DNA of 64,000 nucleotides. It comes from an uncultured delta proteobacterium. GTDB lineage: Bacteria > Desulfobacterota > RBG-13-43-22. Location of the stretch: assembly GCA_963843145.1 (NCBI GenBank), contig CAWJJC010000022.1, positions 438,006 through 502,005 of the forward strand, written 5' to 3'. The notes under the pieces were generated by a model, which saw only the letters and a list, made by a program, of their open reading frames with translations, searched no databases and was not told the DNA's origin. A program made the position numbers and the translations under genes. Each line of letters begins with the position of its first letter. Position 1 is the stretch's first letter. This document shows positions 18,435 through 28,447 of this stretch, piece by piece.

Positions 18435-20078
18435 TCAACTTTCCTCCCCCTTCTTACGGTCCAAATCCATTTGCCGCAGATCCTTGCGCATGATTTTGCC
18501 GGTGGCCGTCAGGGGCAGTTCGGCCAGGAATTCGATTTCCCGGGGGTATTCATGGGCGGCCAGTCGGGTTTTAATAAACTGCTGGATTTCTTCTTTCAGG
18601 GAATGCTCGGGGAGTATTCCGGATTTAAGAACGATAAAAGCCTTGACGATTTCCCCCCGTACCGCGTCGGGGCTGCCGATGACCCCGGCCAGGGCCACAG
18701 CCGGGTGTTTGATCAGGCAATCTTCGATCTCGGCCGGCCCTATCCGGTACCCGGCGCTGCTGATCAGGTCGTCCTTGCGTCCCACGAACCAGAAATAGCC
18801 CTCCTCGTCCTTGCGGGCCAGGTCGCCGGTCAGACTCCAGTCGCCGATGAACTTGTCTTCCGTGGCCTGGGGGTTGCCCCAGTAGCCCAGAAACATGACC
18901 GGGTCCGGCCGCTGGATGGCCACCTCTCCTATTTCTCCCGGGGGCAGGACCTGCCCTTCTCCATCCACGATCTCCACCCGGTGGCCGGGAATGGGACGGC
19001 CCATGGAACCCCGCCGGTTCTCCATGATCTCGGAACAATTGCCCAGGACCAGGTTTACCTCCGTTTGCCCGTAGAATTCATTAATCGTCAGCCCCATGAC
19101 CTTACGGCCCCACTCCAGGAGTTCTTCGCCCAGGGTCTCCCCGCCGCAGCCGATGGTCCGCATGGCAAAATCGTAACGGTCCCCCGGGTCCGGGACCTGG
19201 CGCATGATCTTCAGGGCCGTGGGCGGCATGAAGGCATTGCGGATACCGTATTTGGCGATAAAATGAAAGGCCTGCTCGGGGTCAAACTTTTTTGCCCGAA
19301 AGGCGACTACCGGGACCCCGTGGTGCCAGCTTGGCAGCAGGACGTCGATCAAACCGCCGATCCAGGCCCAGTCGGCCGGTGTCCAGTACAGGTCATCTTT
19401 TTTGGGAAAGAAATTATGGAAGAACTCCACTCCGGGGACATGGCCCAGGACCACTCGCTGGGCATGGAGCGCCCCCTTGGGCGGGCCGGTGGTGCCGGAG
19501 GTATAGATAATCAAGGCCGGATCGTCGGCCCTGGTCCGCAGCGGGGTAAAGGAAGGGGATCCTTTTTCCAGGATCTTCCAGAAATCGACCACTCCATCGG
19601 GGGTTTCTCCCCGGGTGACGATAACCGTCTTCAACTCCGGCAAGCGGTCCTTTATTTCCAGGATCTTGGGGAGATTGTCTTCGTCGGTGATCACCGCCCG
19701 GGCGCCGCTGTGACCCAAACGGTATTCCAGGGCCTCGGGTCCGAAGAGGGTGAAAAGAGGGAGAGCGATCCCCGCGGTTTTATAGATGGCCAGATGGGAG
19801 AGGGCCGTCTCCGGACATTGCGGCAGGAGGATCCCCACCCGTTCCCCCCGATGCAGGCCGCAGGCCTGCAAGGCGTTGGCCAGGCGGTTGGAGCGCTGTT
19901 TGAGGTCCCAAAAGGTATATTTCTCGACCTGCCCCTTATCGTCTTCGTAGATCAGGGCCAGGCGGTAGCGCTGGTCAGCCCACTTGTCGCAGCAATCCAC
20001 CCCGATATTGTAGAATAGGGGGACTTTCCAGTGGAAGGAGTTATAGACCTTTTCGTAGGTGTTCCCTTTTTTGAGCAT
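18435..20078 (-). CDS. acyl-CoA synthetase (AMP-forming, short/medium chain)
   Basis: YTSGTTGPPKG, EFYGQTE, TGDLA, GRKDDLISSAGYRIGP, LPLTATGKI. Confidence 0.93.
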   Translation of the reverse strand: MLKKGNTYEKVYNSFHWKVPLFYNIGVDCCDKWADQRYRLALIYEDDKGQVEKYTFWDLKQRSNRLANALQACGLHRGERVGILLPQCPETALSHLAIYKTAGIALPLFTLFGPEALEYRLGHSGARAVITDEDNLPKILEIKDRLPELKTVIVTRGETPDGVVDFWKILEKGSPSFTPLRTRADDPALIIYTSGTTGPPKGALHAQRVVLGHVPGVEFFHNFFPKKDDLYWTPADWAWIGGLIDVLLPSWHHGVPVVAFRAKKFDPEQAFHFIAKYGIRNAFMPPTALKIMRQVPDPGDRYDFAMRTIGCGGETLGEELLEWGRKVMGLTINEFYGQTEVNLVLGNCSEIMENRRGSMGRPIPGHRVEIVDGEGQVLPPGEIGEVAIQRPDPVMFLGYWGNPQATEDKFIGDWSLTGDLARKDEEGYFWFVGRKDDLISSAGYRIGPAEIEDCLIKHPAVALAGVIGSPDAVRGEIVKAFIVLKSGILPEHSLKEEIQQFIKTRLAAHEYPREIEFLAELPLTATGKIMRKDLRQMDLDRKKGEES

Positions 20079-20090
20079 GGAGAGATCCTT

Positions 20091-20114
20091 CTCAGAAGCG
20101 CTGCGGGAATGACG
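20091..20114. repeat. partial CGTC-type REP
   Basis: ctcagaagcgctgcgggaatgacg matches the right arm of the other doublets. Confidence 0.7.
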
Positions 20115-20121
20115 CGCTCAT

Positions 20122-20652
20122 TCATTTTACCAGGTCCGCCTCCACCTCCAGGTTAAGGAGGACCTCATTCCCGGCCACCAGGCCGCCGTTTTCCATGGTG
20201 AAATTCCAGCTTACTCCGAAATCATGGCGGTTGATGCGGGTAGTCGCCGAAAAGCCGATGCTGATGTCTTCGTCGAAGGGACTTTTCACTTTCCCCAGGT
20301 ATTCAAGGTCCAGGGGTACGGATCGGGTGACACCCCGGATGGTCAAATCGCCGGTCACTTTAAAGCTATGAATGGCTACCGGTTCCATCCTGAGACCCTT
20401 AAATTGGATGAGCGGATGATTATGCACGTCTAAAAAATCAGGGCTGCACAAGTGCTCGTCCCGCTTCGGGATACCGGTATAAATGGAGGCGGCTTCGATT
20501 TCGACTTCCACCGAACCCAGGTCGGGTTTGTCCGGATCGAATTGAATGGACCCGGAAATCTTGTTGAACTGGCCGCGAACCAGGGTGATCATGAAGTGCC
20601 GGACGGTAAAGGCGGCCACGGTGTGATCAGGGTCAATTTTCCACTCAGACAT
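20122..20652 (-). CDS. YceI family protein
   Basis: WKIDPDHT..F.VRH, RDEHL.SPDFLD, GDLTIRGVT, INRHDFG. Confidence 0.92.
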   Translation of the reverse strand: MSEWKIDPDHTVAAFTVRHFMITLVRGQFNKISGSIQFDPDKPDLGSVEVEIEAASIYTGIPKRDEHLCSPDFLDVHNHPLIQFKGLRMEPVAIHSFKVTGDLTIRGVTRSVPLDLEYLGKVKSPFDEDISIGFSATTRINRHDFGVSWNFTMENGGLVAGNEVLLNLEVEADLVK

Positions 20653-20779
20653 AGAAACCTCCTTGAAATTCCATTTGCCAACAACCAGAGGAAAGTTTAA
20701 CATAGTTTAAAGAAAGTTTCTAGTCCAGCGGCTCGACCCTGTTGTAAAAATATTGATACCATTGATATAGGTGGCCTTT

Positions 20780-21124
20780 ATGGGACGCATGAGTTTTGGC
20801 CCCGGGAGGCGGTCTTCCCGCAGTCCGGTAAAATCCCCGTCCTCGGAAAAAGACCCGGCGGCTTTTGTCCGGGATTTGAAGAAGTCTCTGCCGGTCCGGG
20901 AAAGCTATCGGGACCGCTCTCTGGCTATCCACGGACTGATCTGCGCCCGCTGCGGACGGGAATTCGAGCCGGCCCAGCGGCAATTGCTCACCGTCCATCA
21001 CCGGGACGGGAACCATCAGAATAACCCGCCCGACGGCAGCAACTGGGAGAATCTATGTATCTATTGCCATGAGGATACCCACTCCCGGGAGTTGCTGGGG
21101 GAGTATTTAGATAAAAAAGACTGA
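20780..21124 (+). CDS. YajD-family HNH nuclease
   Basis: CARCGREF...LTVHHRDGNH.NNPPDGSNWENLCIYCH. Confidence 0.9.
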   Translation: MGRMSFGPGRRSSRSPVKSPSSEKDPAAFVRDLKKSLPVRESYRDRSLAIHGLICARCGREFEPAQRQLLTVHHRDGNHQNNPPDGSNWENLCIYCHEDTHSRELLGEYLDKKD

Positions 21125-23106
21125 TGATTTCCATTGACCGCGTTTCCAAATTCTATGGCCGGCAAGACCTGCTGAAAGAGGTTTCCTTTTCCATCAATCC
21201 CGGGGACAAAATGGCCCTGGTCGGGGCCAACGGCACGGGGAAAACTACTCTTTTCAGAATCCTCCTGGGCGAAATCGAGCCGGACAGCGGCCAGGTCCAC
21301 CTGAAAAAAGGGGTTCGGTTGGGGCATCTTCCTCAGGAGGTGATCCGGGTAAAGGGAAAAAGGGTCCTGGACCAGGTGATGGAAATGGATCCGGAGCTAA
21401 AACGGTACCAAATCGAGTACCGGGAGGTCTCGCGACGGTTGATTGCCGCCTCTGATCCTGCCGACCAGGAGATTTTGGCCCATAAGCAAAGCCGTTTATT
21501 GGAGGAACTGGAACGTCTGGGGGGGTACGATCTGGAGGCCCGGGCCCAACAAATCCTGTCCGGTTTGGGTTTCTCGGAGGAACAGTTTCAGGCCCCGGTG
21601 GAGACCTTAAGCGGAGGGTGGGTCATGCGGGCGGCCCTGGCCCGGATCCTGCTGTTGAAGCCCGAGCTGCTCCTTTTGGATGAGCCGACCAATCACCTGG
21701 ACCTGGATTCGTTATTATGGTTAGAGAATTTTCTTAAAGGGACTTCATCGGCCCTGCTTTTGATTTCCCACGACCGGGTTTTTATGGATAAAGTGGTCCT
21801 GCGGGTCCTCGAGCTGGAAAAGGGGGGGCTGACCTCCTATGCCGGCAATTACAGCCGGTACCGGGAAGAAAAAGCCAAGCGCCTCCAGCTTCAAGAGGCC
21901 GCCTATTATAACCAGGTAGAGAAGATTCGCCAGATTGAGGACTTTGTCGCCCGAAACCGATCCCGAAAAGATCGGGCCAAGCAGGTGCAATCCCGGATTA
22001 GGGTCCTGGAGCAAATGGAACGCCTCGAACATCCTCGGGAGGAACATCAGGTTTCCTTTCAATTCCAGGAGCCGGTACGGACCGGCAAGGTGGTTTTGGA
22101 ACTCCAGGGGGTCGGGAAATCGTACGGTGAAAAAATACTCTATCAAGGAGTTGATCTGACGATCAGCCGGGGAGACTGTGTCGCTTTTCTAGGCCCCAAC
22201 GGCGCAGGGAAAAGCACGCTGATCAAGATCATGGCCGGGATCGTCCCGCCCGACCAAGGAAAACGGGAACTGGGGCATCATGTCACCCTGGACTATTTTG
22301 CCCAGCATCAACTGGACCAGTTGAGAGGCGAACGAACGGTCTGGCAGGAGATCGGCGATGTGGCCGGCGATCGGACCTACGGGGCCTTGCGAAATCAGTT
22401 GGCGGCCTTCTTATTCCGGGAGGAGGATGAAATCAAAAAAAAGGTCTCGGTCCTTTCCGGGGGGGAGAAAAGCCGTCTGGTGATACTCAAGATGCTCCTG
22501 GGCGGGGCCAACTTTCTGCTTTTTGACGAACCCACCAACCATCTGGACATCCCTTCCCGTGACGTGTTGGAAGAGGCGCTGCGCGCCTTTAACGGGACTA
22601 TTTGCCTGATTACCCACGACCGGCATCTGATCGATGCCCTGGCCAACCGGACGGTGTATATTCGAGACGGGCGGCTGGAAATGTTCCCGGGAAATTACCG
22701 GGACTTTGAGCAGATCTGGAAAGGACGAGTGGAATCGAAGGAACCTTCCGAGGACCCATATCCCAAAGACCTTTCCCGAGCGGCCGGTTTGAAAAACGGT
22801 GCCCCGGGCCGCAAAACGACCCAGGAGAAGCGGCAGGAGGCGGAGCGGCGCAACGCCCTGTTTAGACAAAAAGCGCCCCTCAAAAAGGAAATCGAAGAGC
22901 TGGAAGAGCGGTTAGCCGGGGCCGGCGCCGAGAAAGAAAGACTGGGGAAAATCCTGGCCGATCCGGAATTCTACCGCCAGGGGACGGGGATTCAGGAAGC
23001 CCAGCAAGGCTATGGGCGGCTTCAGAAGGAAATCGACACCCTGACCGAACGCTGGGCGAAAGCCCTCCAAGAGTTGGAAGAACTGGAAGCCCAGGCGGGG
23101 GACTGA
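21124..23106 (+). CDS. ABC-F family ATPase
   Basis: Two ABC cassettes (GANGTGKTT, LSGGW, DEPTNHLD; GPNGAGKST, LSGGE), no TM segments, coiled-coil C-terminus. Confidence 0.94.
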   Translation: MISIDRVSKFYGRQDLLKEVSFSINPGDKMALVGANGTGKTTLFRILLGEIEPDSGQVHLKKGVRLGHLPQEVIRVKGKRVLDQVMEMDPELKRYQIEYREVSRRLIAASDPADQEILAHKQSRLLEELERLGGYDLEARAQQILSGLGFSEEQFQAPVETLSGGWVMRAALARILLLKPELLLLDEPTNHLDLDSLLWLENFLKGTSSALLLISHDRVFMDKVVLRVLELEKGGLTSYAGNYSRYREEKAKRLQLQEAAYYNQVEKIRQIEDFVARNRSRKDRAKQVQSRIRVLEQMERLEHPREEHQVSFQFQEPVRTGKVVLELQGVGKSYGEKILYQGVDLTISRGDCVAFLGPNGAGKSTLIKIMAGIVPPDQGKRELGHHVTLDYFAQHQLDQLRGERTVWQEIGDVAGDRTYGALRNQLAAFLFREEDEIKKKVSVLSGGEKSRLVILKMLLGGANFLLFDEPTNHLDIPSRDVLEEALRAFNGTICLITHDRHLIDALANRTVYIRDGRLEMFPGNYRDFEQIWKGRVESKEPSEDPYPKDLSRAAGLKNGAPGRKTTQEKRQEAERRNALFRQKAPLKKEIEELEERLAGAGAEKERLGKILADPEFYRQGTGIQEAQQGYGRLQKEIDTLTERWAKALQELEELEAQAGD

Positions 23107-23155
23107 TCCGGGTAGGAGACAATTGTCCCTACCCTTTTGATGAACAATTAGTATA

Positions 23156-23312
23156 AATACGAAATTCGAAGCACGAAATCGACTCGGCTAAACAAGCTAA
23201 ACTAAGGCCCAAAACTGTCGAAGGACTCAACAAGCAAAAAAGTTACGAATTTCAAAATCTAAATGGTCAAATTGAATTTGTTTCGAATTTCGAGTTTCGA
23301 GTTTCGGATTTT
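23156..23312. repeat. inverted heptamer-repeat element (cgaaatt / tttcgag type)
   Basis: aaatacgaaattcgaagcacgaaatc ... tttcgaatttcgagtttcgagtttcggattt. Confidence 0.7.
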
Positions 23313-23381
23313 TAGCCAAAAATTAAAATATTTTATGGTTAGTTCTTTATACTTTCATAATACTCCTGATCCCGCCTGACC

Positions 23382-23789
23382 ATGGTCTGGGGCCTGGATT
23401 GGAAATTTTACAGCGCCAATGAATACTTTTTTTGCCTCTATGATCCCGATCGGGTGCTCCGTCCGGAACCGGACGTGGTTCACGTCTGGGCCAACTGGAT
23501 TGCCACCCCGGAAGGAAAAAAATACCGGACCCAGGAAATGGCTCAAACGAAAATCCCTAAATCCGCGTTGGAACGCTACGAGTCCACCCGGGTCCGGATG
23601 GCCCTCCATTGCGCCGATCGCACCTATCAGCTCCTGTCGATCGCCGATTACGATGATCAGCAGCGAGAGATCGGGAATGGATCGCAGGCTTGTTTTTTAG
23701 AGGAGTTCGTAACTCGCCAGCCGATTGGAAAGAACTCCAGCGAAGAAGACTTATACAAAATTCTTTGTTCGGGCCAAAAAGGCAAATAG
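23382..23789 (+). CDS. hypothetical exported protein (surface-adhesin-E-like); signal peptide probably separated by a frameshift
   Basis: DWKFY, VHVW, HCADRTYQ...YD, final C; hydrophobic segment upstream in another frame. Confidence 0.55.
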   Translation: MVWGLDWKFYSANEYFFCLYDPDRVLRPEPDVVHVWANWIATPEGKKYRTQEMAQTKIPKSALERYESTRVRMALHCADRTYQLLSIADYDDQQREIGNGSQACFLEEFVTRQPIGKNSSEEDLYKILCSGQKGK

Positions 23790-23847
23790 CTAGATTCTTA
23801 CCTCCATGTCTAAAAGCTTGCCTCAAGCCGAAAACCTTCCCCTCCAG

Positions 23848-24738
23848 TTAGGTCGCGGATCTCCGGGCCAGAAAAATACCCGACAGCACCAGCAGCCCCC
23901 CCAATGCCTGTCCAAGGCTCAGCGCCTCGGACAGCAGCACCCAGGCCAGGAGAGCGGCAAAAACCGGCTGCAGCAGCAGGGTTACCGAGGAAAAGGCCGC
24001 GGGCAAATGGGCCAGGGCATAAGTGATCAGCCCTTGTCCGCCGACATGTGAGATCAGGGCCAGCCCCAAGAGTACCAGCCAACCCCAGGGGGATCCTGGG
24101 AAAAACTTCTCCCCGGAGAGCCAGGTAACGGCCAGAAGGATCGCCGTACAACCGACTGTACTCCAGGTCATGATGGCCGCCGTAGAAAAATCCCGGCGCA
24201 GACGGGTAATGGACAAGAGATACCCGGCATAAAAAAAAGAGGCCGTCAGGGCCAGGAGATCGCCCTTCACCTGGTTCAGGCGAATCTGAAAGCTGGCGCC
24301 CACTATCAGTGTCGCCCCCAGCAGGGCGCTGACCAGCCCGGCTAAAAATAGTTTCTTAATTCGATCTTTAAACAGCCACCAGCCGGCGAAAGTTACCCAG
24401 AGGGGGGCGTAATTGACCAGCAGGGTGGAATTGGCTACGGAGGTGAGGCGGAGGGACCAGTGCCAGACCGAAAGATCCCCGGCGAAAAATAACCCGGCGG
24501 CGGCCAGACGTAGATAATCGCTATACCGGGAAGGCCGCCGAATGTCCGGCCGTTGACGCCGTTCCAAGGCCGTCCAAAGCCACAGGGCGGGCCAGGCCAG
24601 CAGGAGTCGCCAGAAGGCCGTGGAGAGAGGACCGACCTCGCTGACCCGGACAAAAATAGGGGCAAAGGCAATGGACAAGGCGCCCCCAATGAGGGCCAGA
24701 AGGGGGAGGTGGGGGTTGCGGGGTAAAGTCGGTGCCAT
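23848..24738 (-). CDS. EamA/DMT family transporter
   Basis: About 10 TM helices, two EamA repeats. Confidence 0.9.
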   Translation of the reverse strand: MAPTLPRNPHLPLLALIGGALSIAFAPIFVRVSEVGPLSTAFWRLLLAWPALWLWTALERRQRPDIRRPSRYSDYLRLAAAGLFFAGDLSVWHWSLRLTSVANSTLLVNYAPLWVTFAGWWLFKDRIKKLFLAGLVSALLGATLIVGASFQIRLNQVKGDLLALTASFFYAGYLLSITRLRRDFSTAAIMTWSTVGCTAILLAVTWLSGEKFFPGSPWGWLVLLGLALISHVGGQGLITYALAHLPAAFSSVTLLLQPVFAALLAWVLLSEALSLGQALGGLLVLSGIFLARRSAT

Positions 24739-24794
24739 AGAGCTGATTGCCGGATAAGAGCATGGTTACGGATTAAAACAGCGCTCCTTGCTGG

Positions 24795-25412
24795 TTACAG
24801 ATCACGGATCGCTGGTTCAATAGCGGTACGATCCAGCATCTGGCGTATATCCGTAGGGGAGAAGGGGAGGTCCCGGAAGATCTTTTTTTCCTGTTTCAAT
24901 GAATTTTCAAGCAGTGCGGCGATTCGTTGTTGGTCTTCGGGGGTGCGGCCATAACGCTCCTGCAGATAGCGAAACCGGGTCTCCAGGTCAACAATCTCGT
25001 CGTGCAAGACCCGTTTATCGGCATAATGAACGAGCTCTATTTCGGTTATTCGGTGATTTGGGGGTTGCCCCTCATTAAGGTTGACGTGCTGGGCGACGAT
25101 TTCGGCGACTTCCGGATAACCGCGGGTCCGTAAAAAATCGGCCCCGATTTCGGTATGTTTTTTTTTGGTTTTCAGACACTCGGTCTTGGCGATGTCATGG
25201 AGGAGCGCCCCGGCTTCCAAAAGGGCCAGATCCAGGGGAGGGTTGGAGGACGGCAAATGGGTCGCCAGGACCTGGGCCACCCGGGCCACCTGCAGGCTGT
25301 GGTTGCGGATATTGGGGAGCATACCCTGGTCTGCCATCAGGGCCAGGCACTCTTCCCGGGAGGGGACGCGGGGCTTAAGCTCGGATGAATGGGAGTTAGG
25401 GGATAGGGTCAT
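24795..25412 (-). CDS. HD (HDIG-type) domain protein
   Basis: HSLQVA, ALLHDIAK, H..IGA, VHYADKR. Confidence 0.88.
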   Translation of the reverse strand: MTLSPNSHSSELKPRVPSREECLALMADQGMLPNIRNHSLQVARVAQVLATHLPSSNPPLDLALLEAGALLHDIAKTECLKTKKKHTEIGADFLRTRGYPEVAEIVAQHVNLNEGQPPNHRITEIELVHYADKRVLHDEIVDLETRFRYLQERYGRTPEDQQRIAALLENSLKQEKKIFRDLPFSPTDIRQMLDRTAIEPAIRDL

Positions 25413-25476
25413 CGATCAGGTTCTCTTTAAAATGAATCCACGCCAAGGTTCGATTTGTCCACGGGTTTCGTGTAAA

Positions 25477-25618
25477 ATGAACATCGAACATTGAACATCG
25501 AACGCACAACCTCGAATGAAAAACAAACCGCTATGGCCGAATAGAGGAACCCTATTTCTGCTTCTTCATCTTTTCCCATTGGACGTTCGATGTTGAATGT
25601 TCGATGTTCGACGTTCAT
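25477..25618. repeat. inverted heptamer-repeat hairpin element
   Basis: atgaacatcgaacattgaacatcgaac ... gttcgatgttgaatgttcgatgttcgacgttcat. Confidence 0.8.
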
Positions 25619-25783
25619 TTTTCGTATTAAACCCCCATGCCCTGGGCGGGCACCCCGAAGCATGAAAATAAAGGAGCAGACATAAGCCTAGGTTTTTAAC
25701 ATTAATAATTAATAATCAATTGTTCATTATTAATTATTGATGAATGCCCGAGTGGTGCCGGGTTCTATTTTCGTACTAAACCC
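25618..25783. repeat. about 165-bp repeat, copy 1 (overlaps the ligase stop codon)
   Basis: Near-identical to 27808-27972. Confidence 0.92.
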
Positions 25784-27728
25784 TCAACTCCGGCAGGTCC
25801 CGGTACAGCTCCAGGGCCTGGGGATTGGCCAGGGCGTCCCGATTGGTTACGGGTTTGCCGTGGACCACATTACGAACCGCCAACTCCACCTTTTTCATAT
25901 TGATCGTATAGGGGATGTCGGCCACCGGGATGATCTTGGCCGGTACATGGCGGGGAGAAGTGTTCTCCCGAATGGTTTTATTAATCTTTTTAGCCAGAGG
26001 CTCATTGAATTCCACTCCGGGGGCCAGTTTGATGAAAAGAATGATGCGGACATCGTTGTCCCAGTCCTGGCCGATGACGATGCTGTCGGCGATCTCCTCC
26101 AGGGTCTCCACCTGGCGGTAGATGTCGGCGGTGCCGATGCGCACTCCGCCCGGGTTCAGCGTGGCATCCGAACGCCCGTAGAAGATCACCCCGCCGTTTT
26201 CGGTAATCTCGATGAAGTCCCCATGGGTCCAGATGTTGGGAAAGACCCGGAAATAGGCGTTCAAATATTTTTCGTTATCGGGATCTTTCCAGAAATAGAG
26301 CGGCATGGAGGGGAAAGGGGCTTCGCAAACCAGTTCCCCTTGCTCGCCGATCACCGCCTTTCCTTCGGTGTCATAGGCCTTGACCTTCATGGCCAGACCC
26401 CGACACTGCAGCTCCCCCTCGTAGACCGGGCCGAGGGGATTGCCCAGGCCGAAGCAGCCGTTTAAATCCGTTCCTCCGGCGATGGAGGCCAACTGGACAT
26501 CCGGCTTGATTTCCCGGTAGACGTAGTGAAAACTTTCAGCCGGGAGCGGGGAACCGGTGGAGAGAATGGCCTTCATCGGGGTCAGGTCGAATCGTGATCC
26601 GGGCTTGAAGCCTTCCTTCTCGATGGCGGCCAGGTAGCGGGCGCTGGTCCCGAAAACGGTTACCTTTTCATCCTGGGCCAGTTTCCAGAGGGCCCCCGGG
26701 TCGGGGTAGAAAGGCGAACCGTCGAACAGTACCAGTGTGGCCCCCACGGCCAGGGAACTGGTCAGCCAATTCCACATCATCCAACCGCAGGTGGTGAAAT
26801 AAAAAATCGTGTCTTCCCGCTTCAGATCGGTGTGGAGCATAAGCTCCTTGAGGTGATGGACCAATATGCCCGCTACCCCCTGGACCATGCACTTGGGCAG
26901 GCCGGTGGTCCCGGAGGAATACATGATATATAGGGGATGATCGGCCGAGACCTGTACAAAGTTGATTTCCGGGTGATCGACCGGGATAAGAAAATCCTGA
27001 TAATGGACGGCGTTGGGGATGGGTCCCAGGTCGGCCCGCTGCTCGGTGTAAGGGACGACCACCACCTTTTGGATGGAAGGGAGCTGCGAAATGATATCGG
27101 CAACCCGGGCCAGGGAGTCAAAGGACTTGCCGTTATAGGAATAGCCATTGGCGGTGAAAAGGACCTTGGGCTCGATCTGGCCGAAACGGTCCAGGACCCC
27201 CTTGATCCCAAAATCCGGCGAGCAGGAAGACCAGACGGCGCCCAGGCTGGCGGCGGCCAGCATGGCGATAATGGTTTCCATCATATTGGGCATGAAGCCC
27301 ACCACCCGGTCCCCGGGTTGAATACCCTCCAGCCGCAGGGACAGGGCCAAGGCCGCTACCTGAGCGTACAACTCGGCATAGGTGATCCGGCGCGGTTCCT
27401 GCACCTCGCCTTTAAAAATCAAGGCCACTCGGTCGTCCCGATAGCGGAGGAGGTTTTCGGCAAAGTTCAACCGGGCCCCTTCAAACCACTTCGCCCCGGG
27501 CATCTTGCCCAGATCGTCCACCACCCGGTCATAACCCCGGGAGGCCTTGACTCCGGCAAACTCCCAAAAGGCGGCCCAGAAATCCGGGATCTCGGTGATG
27601 GACCACTCGTACAATTCCGGATAGTCCTCAAAGTCCTTATCGAATTTCCGGTTGACCCACTGGATAAAGCGGGTCAGGTTAGCTTGTTTTTTCCGCTCGG
27701 CGGACGGTTCCCAGAGTGGTTTTTTCAT
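25776..27728 (-). CDS. acetoacetate--CoA ligase
   Basis: WFEGARLNFAENLL, WSSCSPDFG, YSSGTTGLPKC, TTCGWMMWNW, GRSDATLNPGGVRIGT. Confidence 0.94.
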   Translation of the reverse strand: MKKPLWEPSAERKKQANLTRFIQWVNRKFDKDFEDYPELYEWSITEIPDFWAAFWEFAGVKASRGYDRVVDDLGKMPGAKWFEGARLNFAENLLRYRDDRVALIFKGEVQEPRRITYAELYAQVAALALSLRLEGIQPGDRVVGFMPNMMETIIAMLAAASLGAVWSSCSPDFGIKGVLDRFGQIEPKVLFTANGYSYNGKSFDSLARVADIISQLPSIQKVVVVPYTEQRADLGPIPNAVHYQDFLIPVDHPEINFVQVSADHPLYIMYSSGTTGLPKCMVQGVAGILVHHLKELMLHTDLKREDTIFYFTTCGWMMWNWLTSSLAVGATLVLFDGSPFYPDPGALWKLAQDEKVTVFGTSARYLAAIEKEGFKPGSRFDLTPMKAILSTGSPLPAESFHYVYREIKPDVQLASIAGGTDLNGCFGLGNPLGPVYEGELQCRGLAMKVKAYDTEGKAVIGEQGELVCEAPFPSMPLYFWKDPDNEKYLNAYFRVFPNIWTHGDFIEITENGGVIFYGRSDATLNPGGVRIGTADIYRQVETLEEIADSIVIGQDWDNDVRIILFIKLAPGVEFNEPLAKKINKTIRENTSPRHVPAKIIPVADIPYTINMKKVELAVRNVVHGKPVTNRDALANPQALELYRDLPELRV

Positions 27729-27807
27729 AAGGGCCTCTTTAAAAAGACGGGTTTTTTATCTTAATTCCTCAGGCCTGGGTCAGACATACCGATTGGCTCG
27801 GATAGCT

Positions 27808-27972
27808 ATTTTCGTATTAAACCCCCATCCCCGGGGCGGGCACCCCGAAGCATGAAAATAAGGGGCAGACATAAGCCTAACGGATTGACATTAATAATTA
27901 ATAATCAATTGTTCATTATTAATTATTGATGAATGCCCGAGTGGCGCCGGGTTCTATTTTCGTATTAAACCC
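27808..27972. repeat. about 165-bp repeat, copy 2 (direct orientation)
   Basis: ttttcgtattaaacccccat...gggcgggcaccccgaagcatgaaaat...AT-rich palindrome...ctattttcgtattaaaccc. Confidence 0.92.
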
Positions 27973-28128
27973 ACCTACCATATTTAAAAAAAATTAAGGT
28001 GTCAAGCAGGATATTCGATAAGCTAACTATCATTAACTGTTTAAGATATAGGATATTTTTGCTTTCAGGGGCCAGTCGCTGTGAAGAAGGATGATCCCCT
28101 TGCTCCAAGTGGCCGGTCTGAATTTTTA

Positions 28129-28163
28129 TTGACAAGGAAAACGCATGTAATTACATTGTAATT
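28129..28163 (+). promoter_or_regulatory. sigma70 promoter with overlapping palindromic operator of the mazEF-like module
   Basis: ttgaca-17 nt-tacatt; palindrome atgtaattacat overlaps the -10. Confidence 0.65.
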
Positions 28164-28186
28164 CCAAACAAATTCCTAAACGGAAA

Positions 28187-28447
28187 ATGGTGATGAGAGC
28201 CCACATTGTAAAAATCGGTAATTCCCAGGGAATAAGGATTCCCAAGCCCATCCTAGAACAGTTGGGGATTGTGGAGGACGTTGATATTAAAGTCGAGGCT
28301 AGTCAGATCATCATCCGGCCCATCTTAGATCCAAGATCCGGTTGGAATGAGGCCTTTCGAAAAATGGCTAAAAATGGTGATGAGCTCCCCGTAGAAGGCG
28401 ATGGAATTGTTGACCACTCCTGGGATGAAACCGAATGGGAATGGTAA
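28187..28447 (+). CDS. AbrB/MazE family antitoxin
   Basis: IVKIGNSQGIRIPK, C-terminal WDETEWEW. Confidence 0.92.
   Translation: MVMRAHIVKIGNSQGIRIPKPILEQLGIVEDVDIKVEASQIIIRPILDPRSGWNEAFRKMAKNGDELPVEGDGIVDHSWDETEWEW

Noticed and set aside
17928-20018. 696-aa plus-strand ORF
   Set aside because: Antisense shadow of the acyl-CoA synthetase and adjacent repeats; no recognisable motifs
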